This document shows, piece after piece, positions 31,114-41,476 of a stretch of 64,000 nt of DNA. Origin of the DNA: Promethearchaeota archaeon (lineage in GTDB: Archaea; Asgardarchaeota; Lokiarchaeia; Sigyniarchaeales; SOKP01). The position numbers were made by a program, and so were the translations under genes. The stretch is from the NCBI GenBank assembly GCA_016839585.1, contig JAEOTZ010000018.1, positions 1 through 64,000 of the forward strand, read 5' to 3'. The notes under the pieces are model-generated. The model saw only the letters and a list, made by a program, of their open reading frames with translations, searched no databases and was not told the origin of the DNA. Each line of letters opens with the position of its first letter. Position 1 is the stretch's first letter.

Positions 31114-33090
31114 TTGTCTGAAAAAACAGACCAAAAGAATAATGACGAAGAAAAGCCAGTTGTTGGCGTATTTGTGTGTCGCTGAGGTATTAATATAGCA
31201 GGGATTTTGGATGTTCCAAAAATCGTGGAAGAAATTAATGAATTACCTAATGTTTATAGTTATGAATATTTAAACTTGTGTACTTCTGGTGGAGCCGAAT
31301 ATATTAAGGAGCAAATTGAAGAAAAGGGATTTAATCGTGTTGTTGTTGCTGCTTGAACTCCTTTAACACATGAACCAGTTTTTCATGGAATCTTAAAAGA
31401 AGCAGGTATACCACAGAGATATTTGGAATTTACTAATATTAGAGAACATTGTAGTTATGTACATCAGGCGAGAGAAATTCGAGATAAAGCAACATTAAAA
31501 GCAATTGAATTAATAAAGGCAGGTATCTCAAGAGCACAATTATTAGAAGATATTCCTACAAAGATCGTTCCAGTAAAACCAACTGCTTTAGTTATTGGAG
31601 GAGGAATTGCGGGATTAAGTGCTGCTATTGATTTAGGTGACGGAGGTTATAAAGTATTTTTAGTTGAAAAGAAAACTACAATTGGTGGAAGAATGTCCCA
31701 ACTTGATCGAACGTTTCCTACAGATGATTGTAGTATATGAATTCTTGGTCCAAAAATGCTTGAAGCCGATAGACATGAAAATATCGAAATTTTATCTTAT
31801 AGTGAAGTAGTTAAGGTCGAGGGATATATTGGTAATTTTAGGGTAAAAGTGAAGAGAAAAGAACGTTTTGTCAATGAGGAAAAGTGTACTGGGTGTGGAG
31901 CGTGTACTGAAGTATGCCCAATATACGTGCCAAATCACTTTGATGAAAGTCTCTCTGCGCGTAAATGTATAGATATAGCATTTGCTCAAGCAGTTCCTGC
32001 AATCTCAAATATTGAGAGAGACTGTTGTGTTGAATGTTTCGCATGTGTAGATGCCTGTGATACTGAAGCAATAGATTTTAGTCAAAAAGAAGAAATCGTG
32101 GAATTAGAAGTAGGAACAATAATAGTGGCTACAGGGTGGGATCTATATCAAGGAGATGATTATGGATATGGAATATACGACAACGTAATTACTCAAATAC
32201 AATTAGAAAGAATTCTTGCACCAAATGGACCTACGTTAGGTCATTTAATGAGACCCTCGGATAGAAAACGCCCTAAAAGAGTCTTATTTATAAATTGTGT
32301 AGGTTCAAGAGATTTAAAGGCGCATGAGTATTGTAGCGTTGTATGTTGTAATTTATCAGTAAAGAATTCTAAGCTAATAATGTCTGAATATCCTGATTCT
32401 GAGATTGTTGTTAGTTATATAGATATGAGATGCGGTGGAAAAATGTATGAGGAATATTACAGAAGAGCTAGAAATGCGGGAATTATCTTTCTTAAAGGTT
32501 TAATAGGGAAAATTGAAGAAGATCCTAAAACAAAGAATCTGAGAGTACAATTTGAGCCAGTAGGTACAGATTCAATTATGGATATGGAATTTGAAATGGT
32601 GGTTCTTTCATCAGCTTCATTACCATCTCAAGGTACAAATGAAATAGCTTCGGTAATGAATATAGAAAAAACATCAGATGGATTTTTAAAAGAAGTACAC
32701 GCACGACTCGATCCAATTAATACAAAAGTCCCAGGTATATATTTAGCAGGTTCTTGTCAAGGACAAAAATCTATAGATTTAACGGTTAGTCAAGCGAAAG
32801 GTGCTGCTTCTACGGCGAGTATACCTATGAAAAATGAGAAATATACTATGGAATTAATCCGTGCCCAACCTATAGATGAACGTTGTGCCAAATGTTATAA
32901 ATGTATTGAGGCATGTCCTTACAGTGCGATTTCAGTTAATGAAAATGGATTAATCCAAGTCGATATTATTAGCTGTAGAGGATGTGGAATTTGTGAATCA
33001 TTATGTCCGTCAAAAGCTATAGAATTAGCACATTATAAAGATAATCAGTATATTGCATATATTGATGAATTATTACCTATTGAAGATTAG
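31114..33090 (+). CDS. hdrA: Heterodisulfide reductase subunit A, selenoprotein with 3 in-frame UGA (about 658 aa)
   Basis: TTG start 31114; single frame through TGA at 31183 (VFVCRUGINIAG), 31354 (VVAAUTPLTHE) and 31738 (DDCSIUILGPKM), each at a conserved Cys position; GGGIAG FAD motif, CVGSR, ferredoxin motifs. Confidence 0.92.
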
Positions 33091-33104
33091 AGAGGTAGAA
33101 AATA

Positions 33105-33557
33105 ATGACAAATAATGATATAAAAATATTAGCATTTTTATGTTTAAAATGAGGTTACGGTGGTGCAGATATGGCGGGAACTATTCGAGCACAGTATCCA
33201 ACGTCATTAAGAACAGTTTTAGTTCCTTGTACAGGAAGAGTTGGAGCAGATTTAGTAATGCGAGCATTTGGAAGAGGTGCTGACGGAGTATTAATTGCAG
33301 GATGATATCCGAAAGAATGTGATTATGAAACAGGCAATTATTTTGCTTATCGTTTAGTAGATTATTTGAAAGAAATTGTTAAAGCTATAGGAATAAATCC
33401 AGAGAGAATAAAAATGACTTTTTGCAGCTCCGCGGAAGGTGCAAAGTTCCAGAAGATAGCGACAGAATTCGATAAATTGATTCGAGAACTAGGTCCAAGT
33501 CCTTTACGTACTAAAAGCGGCACACCAGAAAAAGCTAAAGCGAAAGCTGAAGCTTAA
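33105..33557 (+). CDS. mvhD: MvhD/VhuD 2Fe-2S hydrogenase subunit, selenoprotein with 2 in-frame UGA (150 aa)
   Basis: ATG 33105 with GAGGT SD; AFLCLKUGYGGAD (TGA 33150), VPCTGRV, GADGVLIAGUYPKECDY..GN (TGA 33303), CSSAEG. Confidence 0.92.
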
Positions 33558-33561
33558 GAAT

Positions 33562-33636
33562 TAATGTGTTACCTAATGATTCTGAGTTAGAAAAATGAGA
33601 ACTCAGTTGAAGAAATGGTTGCACCATTAGCACATA
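33562..33636 (+). promoter_or_regulatory. Candidate eukaryote-like SECIS element in the 3' UTR of hdrA-mvhD
   Basis: AUGAU at 33576-33580; stem CUGAGUU (33582-88)/AACUCAG (33600-06); A-rich apical loop; UGAA at 33608-11 giving a tandem GA/AG core; imperfect lower helix. Confidence 0.75.
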
Positions 33637-33747
33637 AAATTGAAATATTAATAAGTATAAAATTGGTAAAAAAAATTATATATAGGAAAATTTTAAAAGA
33701 ATTTTTTTAAGAAAAATTCAAATTTAAGAATATAGAGTTGGAATTTC

Positions 33748-34887
33748 ATGGATGCAATGGCAGATTATCTAATAAAAATAGAAGATTTTCCCAAGATTTT
33801 AGAAACATTATTAAAAGAAAAAGTAGTAGATAAGATAATTGGAGCCGAAACTAGAATAGATAAAAAAACAGAAAAAGAAGATAGGTTTACTGTACAACCG
33901 AAATTATATGAAAAACCAGAAGATATCAAGGGATTCCCATTAACAAACCTGATTTCGTACGGTTATGCTAGAACGGATTCAGCTTCAAAATATTTACATA
34001 AATCAGTAGAAGGGGCAATGAAAGAAAAAGTAGCGCTCATTGCTCGACCTTGCGATACAAGAGCTTTAATCGAATTAGCAAAAATAAGACAAGTCAATTT
34101 AGATAATTTATTTATCATAGCTTTTGAAGATAGAGGAATGGTAATAAATGTATCACGGCAAATGAGAAGTTATAAAGACATCGATCCTACAAAAGTAGTG
34201 AAAGAAAAGATTGGAGATAAAGGATTAATCCTTCAATTTGATGATGGAAAAACCAAAGAAATTGATTTACCTATTGCAGAAAATTGTTCAAGATGTACAA
34301 AAAAAATCCCTGTTGTAGCAGATTTAGGAATTAGTGATTTAGGAATTCCAATAGATTCAGATGAAATTATTTTAAAAGTGTATTCTGACAAAGGGAATGA
34401 AGTATTAGAAAAGTCAAAAATAAAAACAAAAGCCATTCCAGATGATGTTAAAAAGTCCCATATGGATAAGATAAAGGAAATTAAAGAGAATGCAATAGCT
34501 AAAAGAGCAAAAGATTTAGAAGAATGGGGAAATCTTTCACAAGAAGAAAAGATGGCTAAGCTTCAAGGCTGTACTATGTGTAATACATGTATTCGTGGAT
34601 GCCCAGTTTGTTATTGTGTTGATTGTATATTACAAAAGAAACGAAAAGAGAAAATAATTAATAAAGAAACGTATCAATTAACTCGGATTGCTCATGTTGC
34701 AGACCGCTGTATTGAATGTGGTAATTGTGATAATAACTGTCCACAGCACTTACCATTATCTCTATACTTTCAATCATTAAATGAAGTATTTAAAGAAAAA
34801 TTTAAATATTCATCTGGAGAAAGTGTAGATGATATACCTTTCCGTTCTGGAAAGGCAATTGCTGAGATGGAATTAGAAAAAAGTTAA
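33748..34887 (+). CDS. FdhB/FrhB-like (F420 hydrogenase/formate dehydrogenase beta) 4Fe-4S subunit
   Basis: ARPCDTRALIEL..RQVN, CTMCNTCIRGCPVCYC..C, CIECGNCDNNCP. Confidence 0.82.
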   Translation: MDAMADYLIKIEDFPKILETLLKEKVVDKIIGAETRIDKKTEKEDRFTVQPKLYEKPEDIKGFPLTNLISYGYARTDSASKYLHKSVEGAMKEKVALIARPCDTRALIELAKIRQVNLDNLFIIAFEDRGMVINVSRQMRSYKDIDPTKVVKEKIGDKGLILQFDDGKTKEIDLPIAENCSRCTKKIPVVADLGISDLGIPIDSDEIILKVYSDKGNEVLEKSKIKTKAIPDDVKKSHMDKIKEIKENAIAKRAKDLEEWGNLSQEEKMAKLQGCTMCNTCIRGCPVCYCVDCILQKKRKEKIINKETYQLTRIAHVADRCIECGNCDNNCPQHLPLSLYFQSLNEVFKEKFKYSSGESVDDIPFRSGKAIAEMELEKS

Positions 34888-34941
34888 ATGCAATTTTTTT
34901 AAATTTTAATTTTTTAATACTACTTTTTAGTTTAGAGTTTT

Positions 34942-36528
34942 TTATTGACCATTAGTAATTTCTGCTGTTTTTCTTGGTTCTTGAGCTACTATAATATTCG
35001 CTGTTTTCTCTTCAGGTTTTTTATGTTTATTGATTTTTAATTGATCTTCAATTTTAGCTTGGGTCATAATATCATTTAATTCTTCTGAAATCATTGAACT
35101 CGTCATTCCCATATTGTGAAGCATTTCTAATCCACTCACCACTACTGTTTTAGCGAATCTCGGAAGATTTTTAGTCATCCATCCAAATTTTCCAAATGGA
35201 TTCATATATCTTTTTGCTTGAGATTTTATCCACCCTCTAAGGTAGTAAGCAGAATACGCTTCACCAACTAATCGGTACATTTCTTTCGATGTAAGCTGTT
35301 CAGTTCGCATCATTGAATGGAATAAATCGTAATGCTTATAATTATTGCTTGTAATCATGCCTTTTTCTTTCATCTCATCATAGAACGAAGTTCCTGGAAA
35401 GGCGGTTATTGGAGTAAATTGGATACAAGATAAATTAAGTGATTTTGCAAATTGGATGTTTTGCCGAACCATTGTTTTGGTTTCTCCTGGAAAACCTATT
35501 ATTACACCTCCAAAAATCGATATTCCACGATCTTGTAACATCGCGACAACTTTTCTCGCCATCTCAGGAGTAGTATTCTTTTTATTCATGGCGTCAAGAC
35601 TTTGTTGATGAACAGATTCGATTCCAAGGAAGACTTGTCTCATCCCTGCCTTATGCATAAGATCAATTAACCATTGATCTCGATATAAGGTATCTACGCG
35701 AGATTGACATGAGAAATACATTTTATTAGGAACTCCAGATTTAATTAAAGTTTCGAGAATTTTTTTCGTTCTCTTGACTTTAATTGTGAAATTATCTTCA
35801 CAGAAAAAGATGAAATCATTTTTCCAGTCAATATCGTAAACTTCCTGCATTACTCGATTCAAACTCTTGGTCCTATAGCTTATATAGTGATAATGATCTT
35901 TCCACATTTTAGTGATACAACAAAATTTACATGAATGTGGGCAACCACGTGAAGTTTCCATTTGTGCTACTCTTGTTCCTAAATAAATATATTTTTTATC
36001 TTGGAGAAGATCCCTACGTGGTAATGGAAAATTATCCAAATTTGGTTCTAATCTCCGATCCTTGTTATGATTTACTTTACCTTCTTCATTTTTATAAGAA
36101 ACTCCATCTATATCTTTTAATGAAATTTGCTTTCTATTTCCATCAATGAAGTCTATTAATTCTTTAAATGTATGTTCCCCTTCTCCTCTTATTGTATAAT
36201 CAACAGATGGCTGTTTAGCTACATATTCAGGAGCTAATGTTGGATGGTAGCCCCCAAGAACTGTGATACATCCTTGTTTTTTAGCCATTTCGGCTATTTC
36301 TAGAGCGTGAGAGATCTGGGGTGTCATCGAACTTATAGCAACCACATCACTTTTATTCAATTCTCTCCGAAATTGATGTTCAAGATATTTATGAACTTTA
36401 AAGTCAAATAGTTTAGCTCCATGTTCAGGAACCATTGCAGCTATTGAAATCAGGGCTAAAGGAGCACCTTTAATAATAGCATCCAATCCAGATTGGAGAC
36501 GAGCAGGGTTTACATATAAAATTTGCAT
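34942..36528 (-). CDS. B12-binding radical SAM protein
   Basis: GGYHPT, GEGE, SRGCPHSCKFC, GIES, IIGFPGET. Confidence 0.92.
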   Translation of the reverse strand: MQILYVNPARLQSGLDAIIKGAPLALISIAAMVPEHGAKLFDFKVHKYLEHQFRRELNKSDVVAISSMTPQISHALEIAEMAKKQGCITVLGGYHPTLAPEYVAKQPSVDYTIRGEGEHTFKELIDFIDGNRKQISLKDIDGVSYKNEEGKVNHNKDRRLEPNLDNFPLPRRDLLQDKKYIYLGTRVAQMETSRGCPHSCKFCCITKMWKDHYHYISYRTKSLNRVMQEVYDIDWKNDFIFFCEDNFTIKVKRTKKILETLIKSGVPNKMYFSCQSRVDTLYRDQWLIDLMHKAGMRQVFLGIESVHQQSLDAMNKKNTTPEMARKVVAMLQDRGISIFGGVIIGFPGETKTMVRQNIQFAKSLNLSCIQFTPITAFPGTSFYDEMKEKGMITSNNYKHYDLFHSMMRTEQLTSKEMYRLVGEAYSAYYLRGWIKSQAKRYMNPFGKFGWMTKNLPRFAKTVVVSGLEMLHNMGMTSSMISEELNDIMTQAKIEDQLKINKHKKPEEKTANIIVAQEPRKTAEITNGQ

Positions 36529-36753
36529 TATTATTTTTCATCTATTTTCTCCTCAGATTTATGCCTAATTAGAACCATCATCAAAGAATTATTTTACTAA
36601 TTTTACGAAACAGTTTTATAGCATAAATTTAAGGGTTTTGATATTTATTAATATATAAATCTAAATTATTTAAAGTTATTGTTGGATCTACATACATGTT
36701 TGAAAAAGATCTTTATAACAAATCTTGTTGAAAAATAGATAATAGATAAAAAT

Positions 36754-37443
36754 ATGACTCATTATTATAATTATAAACTTTCTGCATTAAGATTGAAAAG
36801 ATGTTATGATATAGCTCCACCTAGAGTTCAAAAATATTTAAAAGCAGAAGTGGATCATGTTTTACAAAAGATAGGATCAAATAATATTGTTTTAGAATTA
36901 GGATGTGGCTATGGACGTGTTCTTTCTCAAATTGCTTCTAAAGCAGCTATAGTATTAGGGATTGATAATGCATATTCTAATTTGATTTTAGCAAAAAAAG
37001 TGCTTAAACGCTTTTCAAATTGTTTTTTATTAACAATAGATGCGGCTAACTTAACATTTCGTAGCCAGATGTTTGATTTAGTGATATGTATTCAAAATGG
37101 AATATCTGCATTTCATATTGATAAAATTAGATTAATAGCAGAAAGTATTCGAGTTACTAAAGCTAATGGATATGTTATTTTTTCTAGTTATTCCGATAAA
37201 TTTTGGGAAGATAGATTAAAATGGTTTCAAATACAATCTAAATATGGTTTAATTGGAGAAATTGATTATGAAAAAACTCAGAATGAGATTATTGTGTGTA
37301 AGGATGGTTTCACAGCAACCACCATAGGTCCAGAAGAATTTTTATCACTAACTTCTAATTTTCATATTGAGCCCAAAATAGTGGAAGTTGATAATTCAAG
37401 CCTGTTTTGTGAAATTAAAATCCCTCAAAACAATAATAACTAA
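36754..37443 (+). CDS. Class I SAM-dependent methyltransferase
   Basis: VLELGCGYGR, GIDN. Confidence 0.88.
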   Translation: MTHYYNYKLSALRLKRCYDIAPPRVQKYLKAEVDHVLQKIGSNNIVLELGCGYGRVLSQIASKAAIVLGIDNAYSNLILAKKVLKRFSNCFLLTIDAANLTFRSQMFDLVICIQNGISAFHIDKIRLIAESIRVTKANGYVIFSSYSDKFWEDRLKWFQIQSKYGLIGEIDYEKTQNEIIVCKDGFTATTIGPEEFLSLTSNFHIEPKIVEVDNSSLFCEIKIPQNNNN

Positions 37444-37536
37444 AATATTCGATGAAAAATTCCAAAGATACTTATAATGTTTTCTTCAAATCTTATAGCT
37501 CAAAAAGTTTATATTTTAAGAGATTAGATTTTATGT

Positions 37537-38730
37537 ATGGTGTTAGATGACTTTGGCAAAAATTATTTACTTCTTGGTCTCCGAATAGGGAAACTAATAG
37601 AGGGGTATATCGATGCTTATTTTGGACCACCAGAATTGAAATATACTGTTGAGAAAGAGAAACCACACTCCCCTAAAGATTTACTTAATAAATGTAAAGC
37701 ACTTCAAAAGGAATTACCTAATCAAGATTTTATTAAAGAACGTATCAGATTCCTAGGAAAAATGCTTGGAGCCATGGAAACTTCATTAGAGATACTTAAT
37801 GGACATGAAATTCCATATTTAGAGAAAGTTAATAGATTATACGATATTAAACCAGAGTTAATTGATGATTCTGTATTTTATAATGTAGCTAAAGAGTTAG
37901 ATAGTATATATGAAGGATCTAGTAGTCTAGCTGAACGTATGGATATAGTTCAGAAACGGAGGGCTGTACCTGAAAATAAAATTGAAGGAATTTTTAGAAG
38001 AGCTTGTGAAATTGTGCGTAAACGTACACTAGAATTATTTCCTGGCTTATTACCTAATGAAGAAGAATTTACCATCAAAATAGTCAAAAATGAACCTTGG
38101 GGTGCATATAACTGGTATTTAGGTAACTTTAAATCTAGAATAGATGTAAATACTGATATTCCCAATGCTTGGACTAGAATTTTATTAACTGCTGCTCATG
38201 AGGGATACCCTGGTCATCATACTGAGCATGTTGTTAAAGAAAAATTACTTTATATTGAAGAACAACGGTTTGAACATAGTATATTATTAAACCAAACACC
38301 TGAATGTGTAATTGCAGAGGGTATTGGAAACACAGGACTCGATGTCTTATTTTCTCAACGTGAAAAGGTAAAAATAGGTCTTGAAGAATTATGTCCAGAT
38401 CCCCAAAAGGAATTTTCTTTAGATGTATTGGTAAGTGAAATCGAGGCTAAAAAGAATCGTTGGGCTTTAATGAATAATTTAGCAATTCACGCTCATGTAG
38501 ACGGTTGGTCTGATGATCAATTAATAAAATATGGATTAGATTTTGGTTTTGTTATAGAAGAGCGTCTTAGACAAAACTTACTGTTCATTCGCAATCCTTT
38601 ATGGTCAACCTATGTCTTTAATTATTTTATAGGTGAAATGTTGATTAAAAAGAAATTTGGAGAACGTCCTTCTCCTTCTGATTTTAAAAAACTCCTAGCT
38701 CAGCCAATATTACCCTCGGATCTTATATAA
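37537..38730 (+). CDS. DUF885-like putative metallopeptidase
   Basis: AHEGYPGHH, AEG. Confidence 0.7.
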   Translation: MVLDDFGKNYLLLGLRIGKLIEGYIDAYFGPPELKYTVEKEKPHSPKDLLNKCKALQKELPNQDFIKERIRFLGKMLGAMETSLEILNGHEIPYLEKVNRLYDIKPELIDDSVFYNVAKELDSIYEGSSSLAERMDIVQKRRAVPENKIEGIFRRACEIVRKRTLELFPGLLPNEEEFTIKIVKNEPWGAYNWYLGNFKSRIDVNTDIPNAWTRILLTAAHEGYPGHHTEHVVKEKLLYIEEQRFEHSILLNQTPECVIAEGIGNTGLDVLFSQREKVKIGLEELCPDPQKEFSLDVLVSEIEAKKNRWALMNNLAIHAHVDGWSDDQLIKYGLDFGFVIEERLRQNLLFIRNPLWSTYVFNYFIGEMLIKKKFGERPSPSDFKKLLAQPILPSDLI

Positions 38731-38833
38731 GTTTCATAACATAGATAGAAGGTTTGATTGAAAGATAAACCTTTATTATATTTTTTAAATTATAAACTAT
38801 TAATTACTAAATTTCAAATAAAATTGAAGAATT

Positions 38834-39604
38834 ATGTCGCTACCGGCTAAAAAAGCAATTGAAATTGATGAGAACATCACTCATTATATTCATAAAATGT
38901 TAAACATGGAAATGATTCTTAAATATGACGAATCAAAATGTATTGAATGTGGTTTCTGCCACAGAGTTTGTCCTGTAACCGTATCTATCTATGATGAACC
39001 TCTCAAAAAAACAGCTATCGGCACTCCAGAAGAAATGGGAGTTGAATCCGAGAAAAAGATTGTAGTTGATACTGAGAAATGTATTTGGTGTGGTAGTTGC
39101 TCATGGATATGTCCAGGATATACACTAGAACTTTTAATCAATGGAGAAAATAAGATTTTATTGGTAGAAAATGGCTCTCTTGCTGAATTTGATGAAGAAG
39201 TTCGAACTTTGGAGAATGGAAATAAAGTTCGAAAGGTGGTTGAAGGGAGCATAACGATTACGTGTAATGAAGGGGATACAAAAGTCATAGATCAATTTGC
39301 AGAGGAGTGTTCTGTTGGAGCTATGACCCGAAAAGATAAAGATATTGAGGTAGATAGAGATAAGTGTATTTTATGCTTTAAATGTACAGAAGCATCAAAA
39401 AATTATGAAAACATAAGTGTTGAAGTACATCGAGATAGATTTAAACAAGTCAAAGGAGAACCTTCTTCAGTATGGAATGGTATTATGCTACGTGTTCTAG
39501 GGAAAGAGGGAAAAATAAAAGGTATTATGAGCCGTAGCCAGAATAAACTTGCTGATGCCGTAATGCGATTAATGGGAAAAGAAGAAACTGAAGATGAAGG
39601 TTAA
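38834..39604 (+). CDS. Polyferredoxin-type 4Fe-4S protein (FwdF-like)
   Basis: CIECGFCHRVCP, CIWCGSCSWICP, CILCFKC. Confidence 0.8.
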   Translation: MSLPAKKAIEIDENITHYIHKMLNMEMILKYDESKCIECGFCHRVCPVTVSIYDEPLKKTAIGTPEEMGVESEKKIVVDTEKCIWCGSCSWICPGYTLELLINGENKILLVENGSLAEFDEEVRTLENGNKVRKVVEGSITITCNEGDTKVIDQFAEECSVGAMTRKDKDIEVDRDKCILCFKCTEASKNYENISVEVHRDRFKQVKGEPSSVWNGIMLRVLGKEGKIKGIMSRSQNKLADAVMRLMGKEETEDEG

Positions 39605-39670
39605 TCTAATTAAATTACAATTTTCCTTATTATTAATTAGAATGTATTTTAGCATTCTAGTGATTATTAT

Positions 39671-40549
39671 ATGATCAATCAAAACTCTAAATCGGGCGAT
39701 ATTTCGGGTTTTATAACAGTCGATGGTATTAAACTCAATTACATCATCGAGGGGGAGGGAATTCCTTGCCTAGTTATTGGTATGTTATCAAAATTCTACC
39801 AACCTGTTTTTTCCAGCAAAATAAAGAAGCATTTAAAATTTATTTTCGTGGATTTTAAAATATTTATCCCTGGGGTTTCTATTGATGTAAATAATATATC
39901 AATGGATATAATAGTTGAAGATCTTGAAAAAATACGCATTGCATTAGGCTTTGAAAAAATTGCTGTATTGGGGCACTCAGCATTTGGGATAATTGCTCTC
40001 GAATATGCTTTCAATTATCCACAGAGAACATCCCATATTATTATGATTGCTTCTTTTCCACCAAACATGACTGATGAAAATTTAAAAAGAGGTTCAGAAT
40101 TCTTGGAATATGATGCATCGAAAGAGAGAAAAATGATTCAGAGAAAAAATAATGAACCCCTTACAGAAGAATTTTTGAGCACTGTATCTCCTACAAAAGC
40201 TCTTGCTTTGCAATATGTAGCTAATGCTCCTATTTATTGGTATGATCCTACTTATGATTGTTCATGGATCTGGCGAGGAATTGAACTCAACATGGATGCA
40301 TTTAATTATTTCTATTCTAAAATTATTAGAGGGAAGGATACCACTCAAAAAATCTTGAATATAACAATTCCTAAGTTTTTATCTATGGGTCGCTATGATT
40401 ATAGTGCACCATATATCTTATGGGATAATTTGATAAATGAAATACCAAACTTAACGCATTATTTATTTAAGAAAAGTGGTCATTGGCCAATGCTCGAAGA
40501 GCAAGTCCTATTTGATAAGAGAATAATTGAATGGATTAATAATTTATAA
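39671..40549 (+). CDS. Alpha/beta hydrolase (proline iminopeptidase-like)
   Basis: GHSAFG nucleophile elbow, GRYD, SGHWP. Confidence 0.85.
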   Translation: MINQNSKSGDISGFITVDGIKLNYIIEGEGIPCLVIGMLSKFYQPVFSSKIKKHLKFIFVDFKIFIPGVSIDVNNISMDIIVEDLEKIRIALGFEKIAVLGHSAFGIIALEYAFNYPQRTSHIIMIASFPPNMTDENLKRGSEFLEYDASKERKMIQRKNNEPLTEEFLSTVSPTKALALQYVANAPIYWYDPTYDCSWIWRGIELNMDAFNYFYSKIIRGKDTTQKILNITIPKFLSMGRYDYSAPYILWDNLINEIPNLTHYLFKKSGHWPMLEEQVLFDKRIIEWINNL

Positions 40550-40572
40550 AAAGAGAAAAAAAGTTTTATTAC

Positions 40573-41364
40573 TTAGGGATATTTTTGATGTAAATTCTTT
40601 ATAAAATCATCCAGCTCCTTCATAGATTTCTTTTCTGTAGCATAAGCAGCTTTCCCGCATTCGTCTTCTAAATCGAGGCATGATTTAATATAGACTTTAT
40701 TCATAATCGTTAACATGGATTTTGTAAAGAAGATAAATTCTGTTTGATATTTGACTATTTTTTTAGCAAAATTAAGGGTTTCAGCATCAATTTGATCGAG
40801 TGGAAAAACTCTCGTTGGAAAATTAATATTTTTTAACTGTTCCACACTAACTCTATCTGCAGTAAAAAGTAACTGTTTTGCGTAAGATAATCCAAAAGCC
40901 AGCAATGGTAAAAGGGTTGCTCCAGTCTGCGGGAAGGCAGAAATAGAGAGTTCGGGTAATTGTATATATAACTCATCCTTAGGTCTATCCGCAAAGATCC
41001 TTAAATCAGAAGCAAGTATCAGTAAAACACCAAATCCAACAGCAATGCCTTGAACTTGAGTTATTACTGGTTTCTTCATGAGAAGAATAGTTTCATTGAC
41101 TTTTCTACCCCACTCTGTTACTTTAACTGCTTTTTCAGGAGCCCCTTGTATTTCTTTAAGGTCATACCCCGCAGAAAAGAATCTCTGGCCAACACTTTTA
41201 ATAATAATACATTTAACTTTTTCATGTTTATCTGCTTCTACTAACTTCTCATGTATCAGTTTTAACATCGAAATATTACAGGCATTTGCTTTATCGGGTC
41301 TATTTAATGTAATTATAGCGATACGTCCTCTCACTTCATATATTATATTTTCTTGAATACTCAT
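40573..41364 (-). CDS. Enoyl-CoA hydratase/isomerase family protein
   Basis: ITLNRPDKANA, FSAGYDL, KPVI..VQGIAVGFG. Confidence 0.9.
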   Translation of the reverse strand: MSIQENIIYEVRGRIAIITLNRPDKANACNISMLKLIHEKLVEADKHEKVKCIIIKSVGQRFFSAGYDLKEIQGAPEKAVKVTEWGRKVNETILLMKKPVITQVQGIAVGFGVLLILASDLRIFADRPKDELYIQLPELSISAFPQTGATLLPLLAFGLSYAKQLLFTADRVSVEQLKNINFPTRVFPLDQIDAETLNFAKKIVKYQTEFIFFTKSMLTIMNKVYIKSCLDLEDECGKAAYATEKKSMKELDDFIKNLHQKYP

Positions 41365-41476
41365 AAGATCTTTAACTTAAATTCTAATTTAAAGTATATT
41401 GAACTTAATTAATCTTATTAAATTAGATATATTATTCCACGAAATATCTAAAAATTTCAATAGTAAATGAATTATC

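Noticed and set aside
31423-33557. Track ORFs 31423..31740, 31756..33090 and 33366..33557 as separate genes or pseudogene fragments
   Set aside because: They are in-frame pieces of hdrA and mvhD broken only by TGA at conserved Cys positions, which fits Sec recoding
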